From assembly GCA_050253415.1 (NCBI GenBank), contig JBFWJC010000002.1, forward strand, positions 384,001-448,000: a DNA stretch of 64,000 nt, given 5' to 3'. A model generated the notes under the pieces. That model searched no databases and was not told the origin of the DNA. It worked only from the letters and a program-made list of their open reading frames with translations. Numbering within the stretch: the stretch's first letter is position 1; each line of letters starts with the position of its first letter. The position numbers and the translations under genes are program-made. Below are positions 50,296 through 60,692 of this stretch, piece by piece. The stretch comes from Pedobacter sp. (GTDB lineage Bacteria > Desulfobacterota > Desulfuromonadia > Desulfuromonadales > Syntrophotaleaceae).

Positions 50296-50937
50296 ATGAC
50301 CGAATTAACCAGCTTGACATACGACGCTGCCGGATTGATTCCCGCGGTGGTGCGCTGCGCCCGTAGCGGCGAGGTGCTGATGCTCTCGCAACTGAACGCC
50401 GAAGCCGTACAACAGACTCTGGCCAGCGGACTTTTGTATCGTTATTCCCGTTCCAAAGGCACCCTGGTGGCGCCGGATGCCGATGCGCCCCAGCAGGTCA
50501 GGGACATGCGTATGAGCTGTGCCGGGGATTGCCTGCTGGTGTCGGTGGAGCAGGGCGGCTCTGTACGCAACTGTTTCCAGACCGTGCTTTTCCAACAGGA
50601 AGGCGCGACGGCCGCCTGTTCTGACGATATTCTGGAGCAGGTTTACCAGGTGGTGCTGCAGCGGCGCGACAACCCCTCGCAGAAGTCCTACGTGGCTTCT
50701 TTGTTTGCCAAAGGGCTGGATAAAATCCTCGGCAAGATTGGCGAGGAAGCTACTGAGACCGCCGTCGCCGGCAAAGGCGGCAATAAGGATGACGTGGTTT
50801 ACGAAACCGCCGATCTGTTTTTCCATGTGCTGGTGCTGCTCGGCTATTACGATATCCCGCCGGAGCGCATTTACCAGGAATTACGCCGCCGGTTCGGATT
50901 GTCCGGCATCGAAGAAAAAGCCAGTCGCAAGGCGTGA
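50296..50937 (+). CDS. hisE: Phosphoribosyl-ATP pyrophosphatase fused to a degenerate HisI-like domain
   Basis: Intact [23 protein letters not shown]-terminal GLIPAVV..GEVLML..YSRS resembles HisI but lacks its catalytic motifs. Confidence 0.88.
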   Translation: MTELTSLTYDAAGLIPAVVRCARSGEVLMLSQLNAEAVQQTLASGLLYRYSRSKGTLVAPDADAPQQVRDMRMSCAGDCLLVSVEQGGSVRNCFQTVLFQQEGATAACSDDILEQVYQVVLQRRDNPSQKSYVASLFAKGLDKILGKIGEEATETAVAGKGGNKDDVVYETADLFFHVLVLLGYYDIPPERIYQELRRRFGLSGIEEKASRKA

Positions 50938-51041
50938 TGGCCGGAGAGTGCCAGAGTCAGAATGTTTTCAACCTGTGGCACCCTGCAACCCATGTTTTGT
51001 GTTTTTGTTAAACAACCGAAATTCCCCGAGGTGGATATACC

Positions 51042-51488
51042 ATGAGTCTTAAACAGCAGTTGACCGATGCCATGAAAGCCGCCATGAAAGCCAAGGATAA
51101 TCTGCGCCTGACCACCGTGCGCAGTGTGCTTGCAGCCATCAAGAATCGTGAGATCGATCAGCGTAGCGAACTTGGCGACGAGGATATCATTGGTGTCTTG
51201 TCGTCTCTGGTCAAACAGCGCAAAGAATCGGTGCAGCTTTACCGTGACGGGGATCGCGTTGAACTGGCCGAAAAAGAAGAGGCGGAACTGGCTATCCTGC
51301 AGGAGTTTTTGCCATCACCTTTGACGCAGGAGGAGATAGCGGCACTTATCGAGCAGGCCGTTACGGAAACCGGTGCCTCCGAGCCTAAGGACATGGGCAA
51401 GGTCATGAAAATCGTTTCTGCCCAGGCGCGCGGTCGGGCCGACGGCAAACAGGTCAGTGACATGGTCAAGGCGCGTCTGAGCCGCTGA
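51042..51488 (+). CDS. GatB/YqeY domain protein
   Basis: MKAAMKAKD, KQRKES, DMGKVM and ADGK motifs. Confidence 0.93.
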   Translation: MSLKQQLTDAMKAAMKAKDNLRLTTVRSVLAAIKNREIDQRSELGDEDIIGVLSSLVKQRKESVQLYRDGDRVELAEKEEAELAILQEFLPSPLTQEEIAALIEQAVTETGASEPKDMGKVMKIVSAQARGRADGKQVSDMVKARLSR

Positions 51489-51505
51489 CCTTAACGAGGA
51501 ACTCT

Positions 51506-52003
51506 ATGAATGTTGTGGATATCGCTATCCTGGTAGTACTGGCTTTGTTTCTGATCAAAGGACTGGTGCGCGGACTGCTCAAGGAACTCTGTTCCCTGTT
51601 CGGGCTGTTCGGTGGGTTGGCGATAGCTCTGCGATTTCATCCATTCCTGGCGGAGGGAATGCTCAAAACCTTCTCTTTGCCGCCGCAGCTTTGCGTGGTG
51701 ATTGCCTTTGCTGCCCTGTTTCTGCTGACAGTTCTGGTCTTTGCCTTGATCGGGTTTGTTCTGTCGCGTTTCGTCAAACTGTTGTTTCTTGGCGGGTTTA
51801 ATCGGGTCGCGGGAGGGTTGTTCGGACTCATGCAGGGTGGCGTATTGCTGGTCCTGGTGTTGTTCGGTTTAAGTCGCAGCCCGATGCCGGATTCGGCACA
51901 AGATTTTTTGCGTCAATCGCGCCTGTCACCGCCCTTGGTGGATATGGGGGAAACTCTGTTCCAGCATGGTAAGGATCTCGGCACGGTTGGTCGCAGTAGC
52001 TGA
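51506..52003 (+). CDS. cvpA: CvpA-family membrane protein
   Basis: D...L....KGLVRGLLKE and NRVAGGLFG motifs. Confidence 0.88.
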   Translation: MNVVDIAILVVLALFLIKGLVRGLLKELCSLFGLFGGLAIALRFHPFLAEGMLKTFSLPPQLCVVIAFAALFLLTVLVFALIGFVLSRFVKLLFLGGFNRVAGGLFGLMQGGVLLVLVLFGLSRSPMPDSAQDFLRQSRLSPPLVDMGETLFQHGKDLGTVGRSS

Positions 52004-52028
52004 TCGAATTTGCAGGATTACGGAGTAC

Positions 52029-54395
52029 ATGAGCGAAGAGACCCCCAGGGTTCTTGAGTACGATAAAATTGTCCGGTTGCTGGCTGGAAACACCGTCACT
52101 GAGCCGGGCCACGAACAAGCGCTGGCTCTGCAGCCGCTGAGCGATCCGCGCCAGGTGGCAGAGTCTCTGGCTGAAGTAGCCGAAATGAGCGCCTTGTTCG
52201 TAAGTCAGGGACGACCTCCGCTGGGTGGTTGCCGCGATCTGCGCCCCGCGTTACGGCGCTTGCATGCAGATGGCAGCTGGTTGCCGGCCGAGGATCTATT
52301 GGCCGTGCTTTCCAGCCTGGAGGCAGCCACCGCCTGTCGCAGCTATTTTGCCGCGCAGCAGAGTGCTCCGTTGCTCGGCGAGCTGGCAACCGGTCTAGCC
52401 GGTTGCAACAGCCTGCAGCGCGAAATCCGCGCCAGTATCGGCAGCCATGGCGAAGTTTTGGATAGCGCTTCGTTTGAACTGGGCGACCTGCGTCAGTCTG
52501 CGCGTCACCTGCGGGGGCGCATTCGCAGGAAACTGGAGGATATGCTGCATGCCGAGGCGTTCAGCGGCGTCTTTCAGGATACCATCGTTACCGAACGTAA
52601 CGGCCGTTACGTGGTACCGGTGCGAGCCGATCACCGCGGGCGCATCAAGGGGCTGATCCACGACGAATCATCCAGCGGGCAGACCCTGTTCATGGAACCG
52701 AACTCGGTGCTGGAGTCGAACAACGAACTGCAGGCGCTGCGACGAGCCGAACAACGCGAAGAAGAACGCATTTTGCGGCGGCTGTCGGGGCTGGTTCGGG
52801 AACAACGCGCTGTTCTTCAGCAAAACCAGACGCTGCTGTCGCGCATTGATGTACGGGCCGCGGCGGCCCGTTTCGGGCAGGCATGCGGCGCTGTGGCTCC
52901 GCATCTGGTGGACACCCCGCTGATCGATTTGCGGGCGGCGCGTCATCCGCTGTTGATGTTTGAAGCCGACGGCAGCGTCGATACGGACAGGGCGGTAGCC
53001 GTCGATCTGAAACTGGGGCAGGACCGACAGATCCTGGTGATCAGCGGACCTAATACCGGTGGCAAGAGCGTTGCGCTCAAGACCATCGGCCTGTTGGTGC
53101 TCATGGTTCGTTCGGGATTGCCGATCCCCTGTCATCCCGACAGCAGGATATTCCTGTTTCCGTCGGTGCAGGCCGATATCGGCGATGAACAGAGTATTGA
53201 ACACCATCTTTCGACGTTTTCCGGCCATCTGACCCGGTTGCGGCGGATTCTGGAAGAGGCAGGTCCGGAAACCCTGGTGCTGCTTGACGAACTCGGCACC
53301 GGCACCGATCCGGCCGAAGGGGGCGCCCTGGCCATGGCCATGCTCGATCATTTGCGGGCTGCCGGAGTGCGTACCGTCGCCACCACCCATCTGAATCTGA
53401 TCAAAGGCTATGCCGCGACTCAGACCGGGGTGGAAAATGCCGCGGTTGAATTCGATCCTGAGACTTTGCTGCCGACCTACCGGTTGCATTACGGGATTCC
53501 CGGCGCCAGCCAGGCATTTGCCATCGCCCGGCGTCTCGGACTGCCGGACGAGGTTATGGCGCGGGCCGAAAGTTATCTGGGCGACGGCGAAAAAGCCGGC
53601 CTGGAATTGATGGAAAAAATCAATGCTCAGCAGCATGATCTGGAACTGGAATTGTCTGAAGCGCGCAAGCTGCGCGAACGGGCCAGCCAGGAACGGACGC
53701 GGCGTAAAAAACTGCTGGAAGAGTTTGAAGCGCAAAGGCAGGCTTTGCTGGATAAGGCCCGTCGACGCGGCGATCAGTTGGTGCGTGAAGCCGAACGCAA
53801 GATCAAGACGTTGCTCAAGGAGGCACGGGAAACCGGCCAGCAGGTACCCGAGCAGGCCAGACTGGCCGCCGAGGTACGGGAAATCCGCGAGGAATTGCGT
53901 CAGGGACAGGAGCCGGTACAGCCTCAAGGGCGGGCGCCCAAGACGGTTAAGGTCGGCGAATTGCTGCGTATTCCAACCTTGCGCACCGAAGGTGAGGTCG
54001 TGCGGGTGCAGGGCAATGATGTCGAAATGACGGTGCAGGGCAAGAAATTGCGACTCCCTCTGGCTTCTCTGGAGGCCTTTCGGCCAAGACGTTTCGCCGC
54101 CCGGACAACCGGCGGCGCGGTACGCGGAAAAGTGCAGCGTGATAGTTTCTCCCCGCGGTTGATGCTGGTCGGCAAGCGCGTTGATGAAGCTCTGCCGTTG
54201 CTGGAGCGTTTCGTGGACGACGCTCTATTGCAGAATGTGCTCGAACTCGAAATCGTGCATGGTTCCGGTGAGGGTGTTTTGCGCAAGATCGTGAGGGAGT
54301 ATCTGGCCGGACACCGCGAGGTGGCAGGGTTTCATGCCGCCGCTATCGGACAGGGGGGCGACAATGTGACCCTGGTCCAGTTGAGAAGGTCATGA
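52029..54395 (+). CDS. mutS2: Endonuclease MutS2 with C-terminal Smr domain
   Basis: HDESSSGQT, SGPNTGGK, DIGDEQS..STFSGH, LDELGTGTDP and IVHGSG.GVLR motifs. Confidence 0.96.
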   Translation: MSEETPRVLEYDKIVRLLAGNTVTEPGHEQALALQPLSDPRQVAESLAEVAEMSALFVSQGRPPLGGCRDLRPALRRLHADGSWLPAEDLLAVLSSLEAATACRSYFAAQQSAPLLGELATGLAGCNSLQREIRASIGSHGEVLDSASFELGDLRQSARHLRGRIRRKLEDMLHAEAFSGVFQDTIVTERNGRYVVPVRADHRGRIKGLIHDESSSGQTLFMEPNSVLESNNELQALRRAEQREEERILRRLSGLVREQRAVLQQNQTLLSRIDVRAAAARFGQACGAVAPHLVDTPLIDLRAARHPLLMFEADGSVDTDRAVAVDLKLGQDRQILVISGPNTGGKSVALKTIGLLVLMVRSGLPIPCHPDSRIFLFPSVQADIGDEQSIEHHLSTFSGHLTRLRRILEEAGPETLVLLDELGTGTDPAEGGALAMAMLDHLRAAGVRTVATTHLNLIKGYAATQTGVENAAVEFDPETLLPTYRLHYGIPGASQAFAIARRLGLPDEVMARAESYLGDGEKAGLELMEKINAQQHDLELELSEARKLRERASQERTRRKKLLEEFEAQRQALLDKARRRGDQLVREAERKIKTLLKEARETGQQVPEQARLAAEVREIREELRQGQEPVQPQGRAPKTVKVGELLRIPTLRTEGEVVRVQGNDVEMTVQGKKLRLPLASLEAFRPRRFAARTTGGAVRGKVQRDSFSPRLMLVGKRVDEALPLLERFVDDALLQNVLELEIVHGSGEGVLRKIVREYLAGHREVAGFHAAAIGQGGDNVTLVQLRRS

Positions 54396-56209
54396 GCGGC
54401 AGGATCGGGGAAGACAAGGTCGAGCAAATCCGCGCCCGGGCCGATATTGTCGAGGTGATCTCGAGTTACGTGAACCTCAAGCGTGCCGGCCGCAATCATG
54501 TCGGTCTGTGTCCGTTTCACGCCGAGAAAACACCCTCCTTCAATGTCAACGCGGACCGGCAGATTTACCACTGCTTCGGTTGCGAGGTTGGCGGCGATGT
54601 GTTTGCCTTTTTGATGAATATGGAAGGGCTGTCGTTTCCCGAGGCGGTACGTCGCCTGGGTGAACGTTACGGCATCGAAGTCGAGGAAGAAACCGTTACC
54701 CCTGAGGAGGAACAGCGTCGCGAAGAACGCGAACGCCTGCTGCGGGTGACGGAGGTAGCCTGTGAATTTTATCACCGCCTGCTGGTGGAGGATCCCGTCG
54801 GAAGGCCGGCACGTTCGTATTTGCGGCAGCGCGGCTTTGACGGTGAACTGGCTCGTCAATTTAAGCTGGGATGGGCGCCCGCCGCCTGGGAGGCGCTGGC
54901 CAAGCACCTGCAGGAAAAGGGCTTTGATCCCAAGTGGGCACGGGATCGACTGGGCCTGGTTCGCGCCAGCAATGAAGGGCGCGGGGATTACGATCTGTTC
55001 CGTCGTCGTCTGTTGTTTCCGATTCTGGACGAACGCGGCCGACCGGTGGCTTTCGGCGGTCGTATTCTGGAAGGTGACGGACCCAAATACATCAACTCGC
55101 CCGAATCGCCCATCTATCATAAGGGGCGGGTGCTGTACGGCCTTTATCAGGCGCGTGACGCCATGCGTCACAAAGGCGAAGCCATCGTGGTGGAAGGCTA
55201 TTTCGATCAGCTGGCGCTGTATCGGGCCGGTTTTCACAACACCGTGGCAACCTGCGGTACGGCTCTGACACCGGATCACGTACGGTTGCTCAAGCGTTTT
55301 TCTGATCGGGTATTGTTGTTGTTCGATCAGGATAGTGCCGGCCATAAGGCGACCTTTCGTGCCATGGAGGTGTTGCTGCCCGAAGGTCTGCAGGTGTCTG
55401 TGGTTACGCTGGAACCCGGTGAAGACCCAGACTCTTTTTTGCGCAATCACGATGCGCAACAGATGCAACAGCGCCTGGAGGCCGCCCGTTCGGTGGTTGA
55501 GGTGTTTATCGAGCAGACCCTGGCCGAGCATGGAGAGGATATCGAAGGCAGAGCCCGGGCGGTGGAAAAGATCCTGGTCAAACTGCAGCTGTTGCCGGGG
55601 GATATTCAGCGGGACCTGTATCTGAAAGATCTCGCTGTGCGTACCGGTCTGGACGAGCAACTGCTTCGGCGCAAGGCACTGCCGCAGGCAACCCCACAGC
55701 CTGTCGCTCAGCAGCCGGTTGTCGCTTCGCAGCCACCCCGTACTGTGCGGTCTGCAGCTCCGAGGGCATCTGCGCCGCCGGGTCTGGCGTTAAAGGCGCA
55801 GCGGATACTGTTACGACTGATCCTCAGTTATGAATCGACGCGCAACGACGCCCGTCAGCTAGGCCTGGACGAACTTTTTGAAGAAGGGGATTTGCGGGTT
55901 TTGGCCGAGCGCGCTCTGTCTCAACCCGTCGGAAACGCCGGTGCAGAAGAAAATATGCGAATAGATGACCTGAGTGAGTCCCAGAAGGGGCTGTTATCGG
56001 GTATTCTGATAGAAGATGAAGCATTGTTTGCAGAGAATTCCGATGAGCTGTTCCAGAAGTGCTATGAAACGGTGAAAAAGGAGCGCATGAAGCAGCAGTT
56101 GCAACAACTGCAGGAGCTGATGCGAGAGGCCGAGAGAGGCCATGATTTCACCCAGATGGCAACCTGGACGCGTGAGTTTCATGAACTTACACGTAAGCTT
56201 AAGGGATAA
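54392..56209 (+). CDS. dnaG: DNA primase
   Basis: CPFHAEKTPSF..CFGC, FGGR, KYINSPE, VEGYFD and DPD motifs. Confidence 0.98.
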   Translation: MSGRIGEDKVEQIRARADIVEVISSYVNLKRAGRNHVGLCPFHAEKTPSFNVNADRQIYHCFGCEVGGDVFAFLMNMEGLSFPEAVRRLGERYGIEVEEETVTPEEEQRREERERLLRVTEVACEFYHRLLVEDPVGRPARSYLRQRGFDGELARQFKLGWAPAAWEALAKHLQEKGFDPKWARDRLGLVRASNEGRGDYDLFRRRLLFPILDERGRPVAFGGRILEGDGPKYINSPESPIYHKGRVLYGLYQARDAMRHKGEAIVVEGYFDQLALYRAGFHNTVATCGTALTPDHVRLLKRFSDRVLLLFDQDSAGHKATFRAMEVLLPEGLQVSVVTLEPGEDPDSFLRNHDAQQMQQRLEAARSVVEVFIEQTLAEHGEDIEGRARAVEKILVKLQLLPGDIQRDLYLKDLAVRTGLDEQLLRRKALPQATPQPVAQQPVVASQPPRTVRSAAPRASAPPGLALKAQRILLRLILSYESTRNDARQLGLDELFEEGDLRVLAERALSQPVGNAGAEENMRIDDLSESQKGLLSGILIEDEALFAENSDELFQKCYETVKKERMKQQLQQLQELMREAERGHDFTQMATWTREFHELTRKLKG

Positions 56210-56280
56210 TATCAGTAGGTCGGTATTAATAAACCGATGACTTCCGGATGTTCCCGGGAGTCCAGAGGAGAGAATCGAGC

Positions 56281-58044
56281 ATGGCCAAGAAACATGGCAT
56301 GGAAGAAGTTCAGCAACTTATCGATATGGGCAAGGAAAAAGGTTACCTTACCTATGATGAGGTGAACGATTACCTTCCTGAAAGCGTTGTCTCTTCCGAC
56401 CAGTTGGACGATGTCATGAGCCTGTTTGGCGAAATGGATATCGAAGTGGTCGATTCGGAGCAGAAAGTTTCCCTGCCTAAGTCGCAGGGAGATGGCGACG
56501 AGGAGAGCGGTGATTCCGGGGAAGATGAAGAAACGGAATACGAAGCCGGAACCCTGGGGCGGACCAGTGATCCTGTACGCATGTATCTGCGTGAAATGGG
56601 GCAGGTCTCCTTGCTGACCCGCGAGGGGGAAGTGGAGATCGCCAAGCGCATCGAAGAAGGCGAGGCGCTTGTTGCCCGGGTTATCATGAAGACGCCCATT
56701 GCTTTTCGTGAAGTGATTCGCCTTGGAGAAAAACTCGTCAAGGAACAAATCGGCGTGGCGGAGATCACCAAGTCATACGAAGAGGAAGAAGGAACCGATG
56801 CAGAAGAAGTGCAGCGGGGGCGGATTCTCGGTCTGGTCGAAAAAATTCATGCAGAGAACGACAAGCTCATGGAGTTGTCCCAGCAACTTGCGGACTGCGG
56901 CGACAGGCAACAGCGCAATGCGCTGCGCGACCAGGTCGCCGAAAAGAAACTCGTGATTGGGGAACTGATGCGCGAAATTCGCCTGAAGGATTTTCAGGTG
57001 GATAAAATCGTCGACCGCCTCAAGGAGATGGCGCAGCAGGTTAAAAAGGGCCTTTCCGAAGTGCAGGCCTGCGAGCAGGAGTTGAAGCAGCCGCACAAGG
57101 AAATCAAGCGTCTGTTGCGTCGCATGCGCAAGAGTGACGAAGAGGCGCATCGTATTTCCCAGGAACTGGATGTGCCCATCGATACCCTGCTGTCCGTCGA
57201 AAAACGCCTCAAAAGCGCCCAGCGCAAATTCAATCGCGTAGAGGAAGAGTCGGGGTTTGCACCGGAAGAACTGCTTGAGTCCCTCAAAGAAGTCATGAAG
57301 GGCGAGTGGCGCGCCAAGGCGGCTAAAAGCGAGCTGGTCGAAGCCAACCTGCGGCTGGTCGTGTCCATTGCCAAAAAATACACCAACCGTGGGCTGCAGT
57401 TCCTGGATCTGATCCAGGAGGGCAACATCGGATTGATGAAAGCGGTCGATAAGTTCGAATACCAGCGTGGCTACAAATTTTCCACCTATGCCACCTGGTG
57501 GATCCGGCAGGCCATTACCCGTGCCATTGCCGACCAGGCACGTACCATCCGTATTCCTGTGCATATGATCGAAACCATCAATAAGCTGATTCGTACCAGC
57601 CGCCAGTTGGTGCAGGAGATGGGGCGCGAGCCGATACCGGAAGAGATCGCGGAACGTATGGAACTGCCGCTGGAAAAAGTGCGGCGGGTTCTTAAAATCG
57701 CCAAGGAACCGATCAGCCTGGAGACCCCCATCGGCGAAGAGGAAGATTCCTCGCTGGGGGATTTCATCGAAGATAAGGGTGTGGTCTCGCCTCTCGAGGC
57801 GGTCATTAAGGGCAATTTGTCCGATCAGACCTCGCGGGTACTGGCATCTTTGACTCCTCGCGAGGAGAAGGTTTTGCGCATGCGTTTCGGAATTGGCGAA
57901 AAGTCGGATCATACCCTGGAAGAGGTTGGTCAGGACTTTGCCGTTACCCGTGAACGTATTCGCCAGATCGAAGCGAAGGCGTTGCGCAAGCTGCGGCATC
58001 CAAGCCGTGCAAAACGTTTGAAGAGCTTTGTTGAAACCACTTGA
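56281..58044 (+). CDS. rpoD: RNA polymerase primary sigma factor
   Basis: [33 protein letters not shown] and TRERIRQIE motifs. Confidence 0.99.
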   Translation: MAKKHGMEEVQQLIDMGKEKGYLTYDEVNDYLPESVVSSDQLDDVMSLFGEMDIEVVDSEQKVSLPKSQGDGDEESGDSGEDEETEYEAGTLGRTSDPVRMYLREMGQVSLLTREGEVEIAKRIEEGEALVARVIMKTPIAFREVIRLGEKLVKEQIGVAEITKSYEEEEGTDAEEVQRGRILGLVEKIHAENDKLMELSQQLADCGDRQQRNALRDQVAEKKLVIGELMREIRLKDFQVDKIVDRLKEMAQQVKKGLSEVQACEQELKQPHKEIKRLLRRMRKSDEEAHRISQELDVPIDTLLSVEKRLKSAQRKFNRVEEESGFAPEELLESLKEVMKGEWRAKAAKSELVEANLRLVVSIAKKYTNRGLQFLDLIQEGNIGLMKAVDKFEYQRGYKFSTYATWWIRQAITRAIADQARTIRIPVHMIETINKLIRTSRQLVQEMGREPIPEEIAERMELPLEKVRRVLKIAKEPISLETPIGEEEDSSLGDFIEDKGVVSPLEAVIKGNLSDQTSRVLASLTPREEKVLRMRFGIGEKSDHTLEEVGQDFAVTRERIRQIEAKALRKLRHPSRAKRLKSFVETT

Positions 58045-58069
58045 CAGACAAACGTTGAATACCTAAACT
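58041..58069 (+). promoter_or_regulatory. Sigma70 promoter for the tRNA, overlapping the rpoD stop codon
   Basis: TTGACA-17 bp-TAAACT, 13 bp before the tRNA. Confidence 0.7.
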
Positions 58070-58082
58070 GATGGACTATTCC

Positions 58083-58158
58083 GGGCCTATAGCTCAGTTG
58101 GTAGAGCCACCGGCTCATAACCGGTCGGTCCCAGGTTCGAATCCTGGTGGGCCCACCA
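58083..58158 (+). tRNA. tRNA with CAU anticodon, probably tRNA-Ile2 (otherwise elongator Met)
   Basis: Cloverleaf GGGCCTA..TAGCTCAGTTGGTAGAGC..CTCATAA..GGTTCGAATCC..GGGCCC-A-CCA; paired 1:72 base argues against initiator. Confidence 0.92.
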
Positions 58159-58215
58159 CTCGGATGGTTGATGAGGCCAGAACTCATACTCGCATATAGC
58201 AACACCCCTGTTACT

Positions 58216-58251
58216 GAAGAGTGCAACAATAGAGTTGCACTCTTCTTTTTT
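58216..58251 (+). terminator. Intrinsic terminator after the tRNA
   Basis: gaagagtgcaac-aataga-gttgcactcttc followed by a T run. Confidence 0.8.
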
Positions 58252-58265
58252 CAAAGCGATTGTTC

Positions 58266-59390
58266 ATGAAGGAACGTACCGTTCGCCTACAAGATCTGCT
58301 TGGTTTGCTGCATCGTCTCTATCCGCCGGTTCTGGCGGAAAACTGGGACAATGTCGGACTGCAGGTGGGTGACCCGGTTGCTTCCGTAAGTCGCATTCTG
58401 GTTTGTCTCGATGCGTCGGAGTATGCCCTCGACGAGGCGCTGCGTATCGGAGCCCAGGCGATTTTCTGCCATCATCCTCTTGTATTTCAACCCCTCAAGC
58501 GCCTGAGCCCTGTGGATGAAACCGGTCGTCTGTTGTTTCGCGCAGTGCGTGAAGGCATTGCCGTTGTCAGCGCCCATACCAACCTCGACATCGCCGTAAA
58601 CGGCATCAACGACTGGCTGGCTGCGGCTCTGGGGGTGGAAAAAGCACTGCCATTACAGGTCGGTGGCGGTGATCTGCTCAAGCTGGTGGTGTTTGTCCCC
58701 AGCGGTTACGAAGAGCGCGTGGCGGCAGCCCTGTTTGAAGCCGGAGCCGGAGCTATCGGGCATTACGACAGCTGTTCTTTCCGTACTGACGGGGTCGGAA
58801 CTTTTCGCCCTGACGAAACGTCCAATCCTTTTATCGGCGAGGCGGGTACTCTGGAACGTGTCCGTGAAATTCGCCTGGAGACCCTTCTGACCCGTGAGGT
58901 TCAGGGCCGGGCCATTCAGCGCATGCTCAAGGCGCACCCCTACGAAGAGGTCGCTTACGATCTGGTTCCGCTGGCCAATCGGCGCAGTGACGTCGGTCTT
59001 GGCAGAATCGGGTGTCTGTCGCAACCCACCACCCTGGAGGCGTTTACCGCCACGGTTAAACAGGCTCTCGGGGTCGCGCATGTGCGCATTGTCGGTGATC
59101 TCGACAAAAAGGTAAGCAAGGTTGCCGTGTGTGGCGGAAGCGGTGCCTCCCTGCTGGGCGAGGCCGATCGCCAGGGGGCCGATGTGCTGGTGACCGGTGA
59201 TGTAAAATATCATGAGGCATTCAGTGCCCGTTCCCGTAACATAGCTTTGATCGATGCCGGTCATTTTGGCACCGAACACATCATGGTTAAACATCTGGCC
59301 GAGGTACTGCGGCATGCGACGGCAACACGTCGCATGGACATTCAAATCGAAGAACTACAAGGGGAAAAAGATCCGTTTCTGACGGTCTGA
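58266..59390 (+). CDS. Nif3-like dinuclear metal-centre protein (YqfO type with inserted PII-like domain)
   Basis: WDNVGLQVG, HHPL, HTNLD, HPYEEVAYD, TGDVKYH and DAGHFGTE motifs. Confidence 0.93.
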   Translation: MKERTVRLQDLLGLLHRLYPPVLAENWDNVGLQVGDPVASVSRILVCLDASEYALDEALRIGAQAIFCHHPLVFQPLKRLSPVDETGRLLFRAVREGIAVVSAHTNLDIAVNGINDWLAAALGVEKALPLQVGGGDLLKLVVFVPSGYEERVAAALFEAGAGAIGHYDSCSFRTDGVGTFRPDETSNPFIGEAGTLERVREIRLETLLTREVQGRAIQRMLKAHPYEEVAYDLVPLANRRSDVGLGRIGCLSQPTTLEAFTATVKQALGVAHVRIVGDLDKKVSKVAVCGGSGASLLGEADRQGADVLVTGDVKYHEAFSARSRNIALIDAGHFGTEHIMVKHLAEVLRHATATRRMDIQIEELQGEKDPFLTV

Positions 59391-59456
59391 ACCCCTTTTT
59401 TTATTTAAGACAGCAGCAAAAAAAGTAATTCCGGAGAATCGATGGGAGGCAACAAC

Positions 59457-60170
59457 GTGCACGAACACATAGAACTTCTTAAGGCTTTGCAGGATCTTGA
59501 CCATGAACTGAACGGTATTCGCCAGGAGCGCCGCAGCCTCGAACAGGAGCTGGTGGAGCTGACCGGCGCCATGGTGCGTATCCAGGCCATGGTGGATGGT
59601 CTGGATGAAGAGATCGGTAAATTGCAAAGTCAAAACGATGAGCTAGAGCAGGGGCTTACGCAGGAAGAGGCGAATATCTCGCGTTCCGAAGGGCGGTTGC
59701 CTGAGATCAAGACCCAGAAAGAGTATCTGGCGGTTCTCAAAGAGATCGATACGGCGAAAAAGGTTGCCAAGGATCTGCAGACTGCTCTTGATGAAAAACA
59801 GGCGCAGATCGATGCTTTGAGCGTTGAAAAAGATGAAAAGCTGAAGCAACTGGAGGAACTCAAGGAGCAATCCTCCGCGCGTGAAGCCGAAATTTCCGAG
59901 GCACTCAATGAGTTTGACAAAACCCTGGAAAAAAAGGCCAGCCAGCGTAGTAAGCACTTCGACCCGCTGCCCAAGCAGATGCAGAAACGTTATGCCCTGC
60001 TGATGGAACGCCGCGGCGGCATCGCCGTTGTGGAAGCGCGTGAAGGCAATTGTACCGGCTGCAATATGCATCTGCCTCCTCAGCTGTTCAACAGCTTGTT
60101 TCTCGATCCGCAAATTCAGAGTTGCCCCCATTGCAACCGTTTGTTGTTCGTACTCAAAGCCGAAGCCTGA
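59457..60170 (+). CDS. Coiled-coil protein with C-terminal C4 zinc ribbon (DUF164-like)
   Basis: LQDLD, long coiled coil, CTGCNM..CPHCNRLL; GTG start after GGGAGG. Confidence 0.88.
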   Translation: MHEHIELLKALQDLDHELNGIRQERRSLEQELVELTGAMVRIQAMVDGLDEEIGKLQSQNDELEQGLTQEEANISRSEGRLPEIKTQKEYLAVLKEIDTAKKVAKDLQTALDEKQAQIDALSVEKDEKLKQLEELKEQSSAREAEISEALNEFDKTLEKKASQRSKHFDPLPKQMQKRYALLMERRGGIAVVEAREGNCTGCNMHLPPQLFNSLFLDPQIQSCPHCNRLLFVLKAEA

Positions 60171-60208
60171 GTCATTGGTTTTGCAGCAGGTCTGATTCAA
60201 AAATAGGA

Positions 60209-60610
60209 TGGTCGGAGAGCGCCAGGTGATCGCCGGCTCGCTTCGCTTCGGCGGTAGCGGGCGGGAGGAAAGTCCGGGCTCCGCAGGGCAGGATGGTTCC
60301 TAACGGGAACCGGGGGCGACCCTAGGGAAAGTGCCACAGAAAGTAAACCGCCCGTCAAGGCTTCGGCCATGGCGGGTAAGGGTGAAACGGTGAGGTAAGA
60401 GCTCACCAGTTCCGGCGGAGACGTCGGAAGCTCGGTAAACCCCATCCGGAGCAAGGCCAAATAGGGAAGTGTTTGAGGGCGGCCCGTCCGAGACTTCCGG
60501 GTTGGCTGCTTGAGGCCGTCGGCAACGGCGGTCCTAGAGGAATGATCATCGCCCCGCACACGGGCAACCGTCGCGGGGAACAGGACCCGGCTTACGGTTC
60601 TCTCCGGCCA
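60209..60610 (+). ncRNA. rnpB: RNase P RNA, bacterial type A
   Basis: GAGGAAAGTCCGGGCT, AGTGCCACAGAAA, GGGTGAAACGGTGAGGTAAGAGCTCACC, GGTAAACCCC..GAGCAAG and AACAGGACCCGGCTTA; P1 ends are complementary. Confidence 0.97.
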
Positions 60611-60692
60611 TCCTTTTTATCAGCGGCACGGGCCATCTGGACCGTGCCGTTTAGTTTTGATGGCCTCGCCATTTCAGGTTGTTTTTCGGAAT

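Noticed and set aside
45299..50937. his operon as part of the putative thiohistidine cluster
   Set aside because: It is about 10 kb away within a standard rho-prfA-murA-his block; proximity is likely coincidental.
58083..58260. tRNA as an integration site for a prophage or island
   Set aside because: No integrase and no duplicated tRNA 3' end noticed; conserved genes follow directly.
60197..60559. 120-aa minus-strand ORF
   Set aside because: It is antisense to RNase P RNA, a common spurious call.
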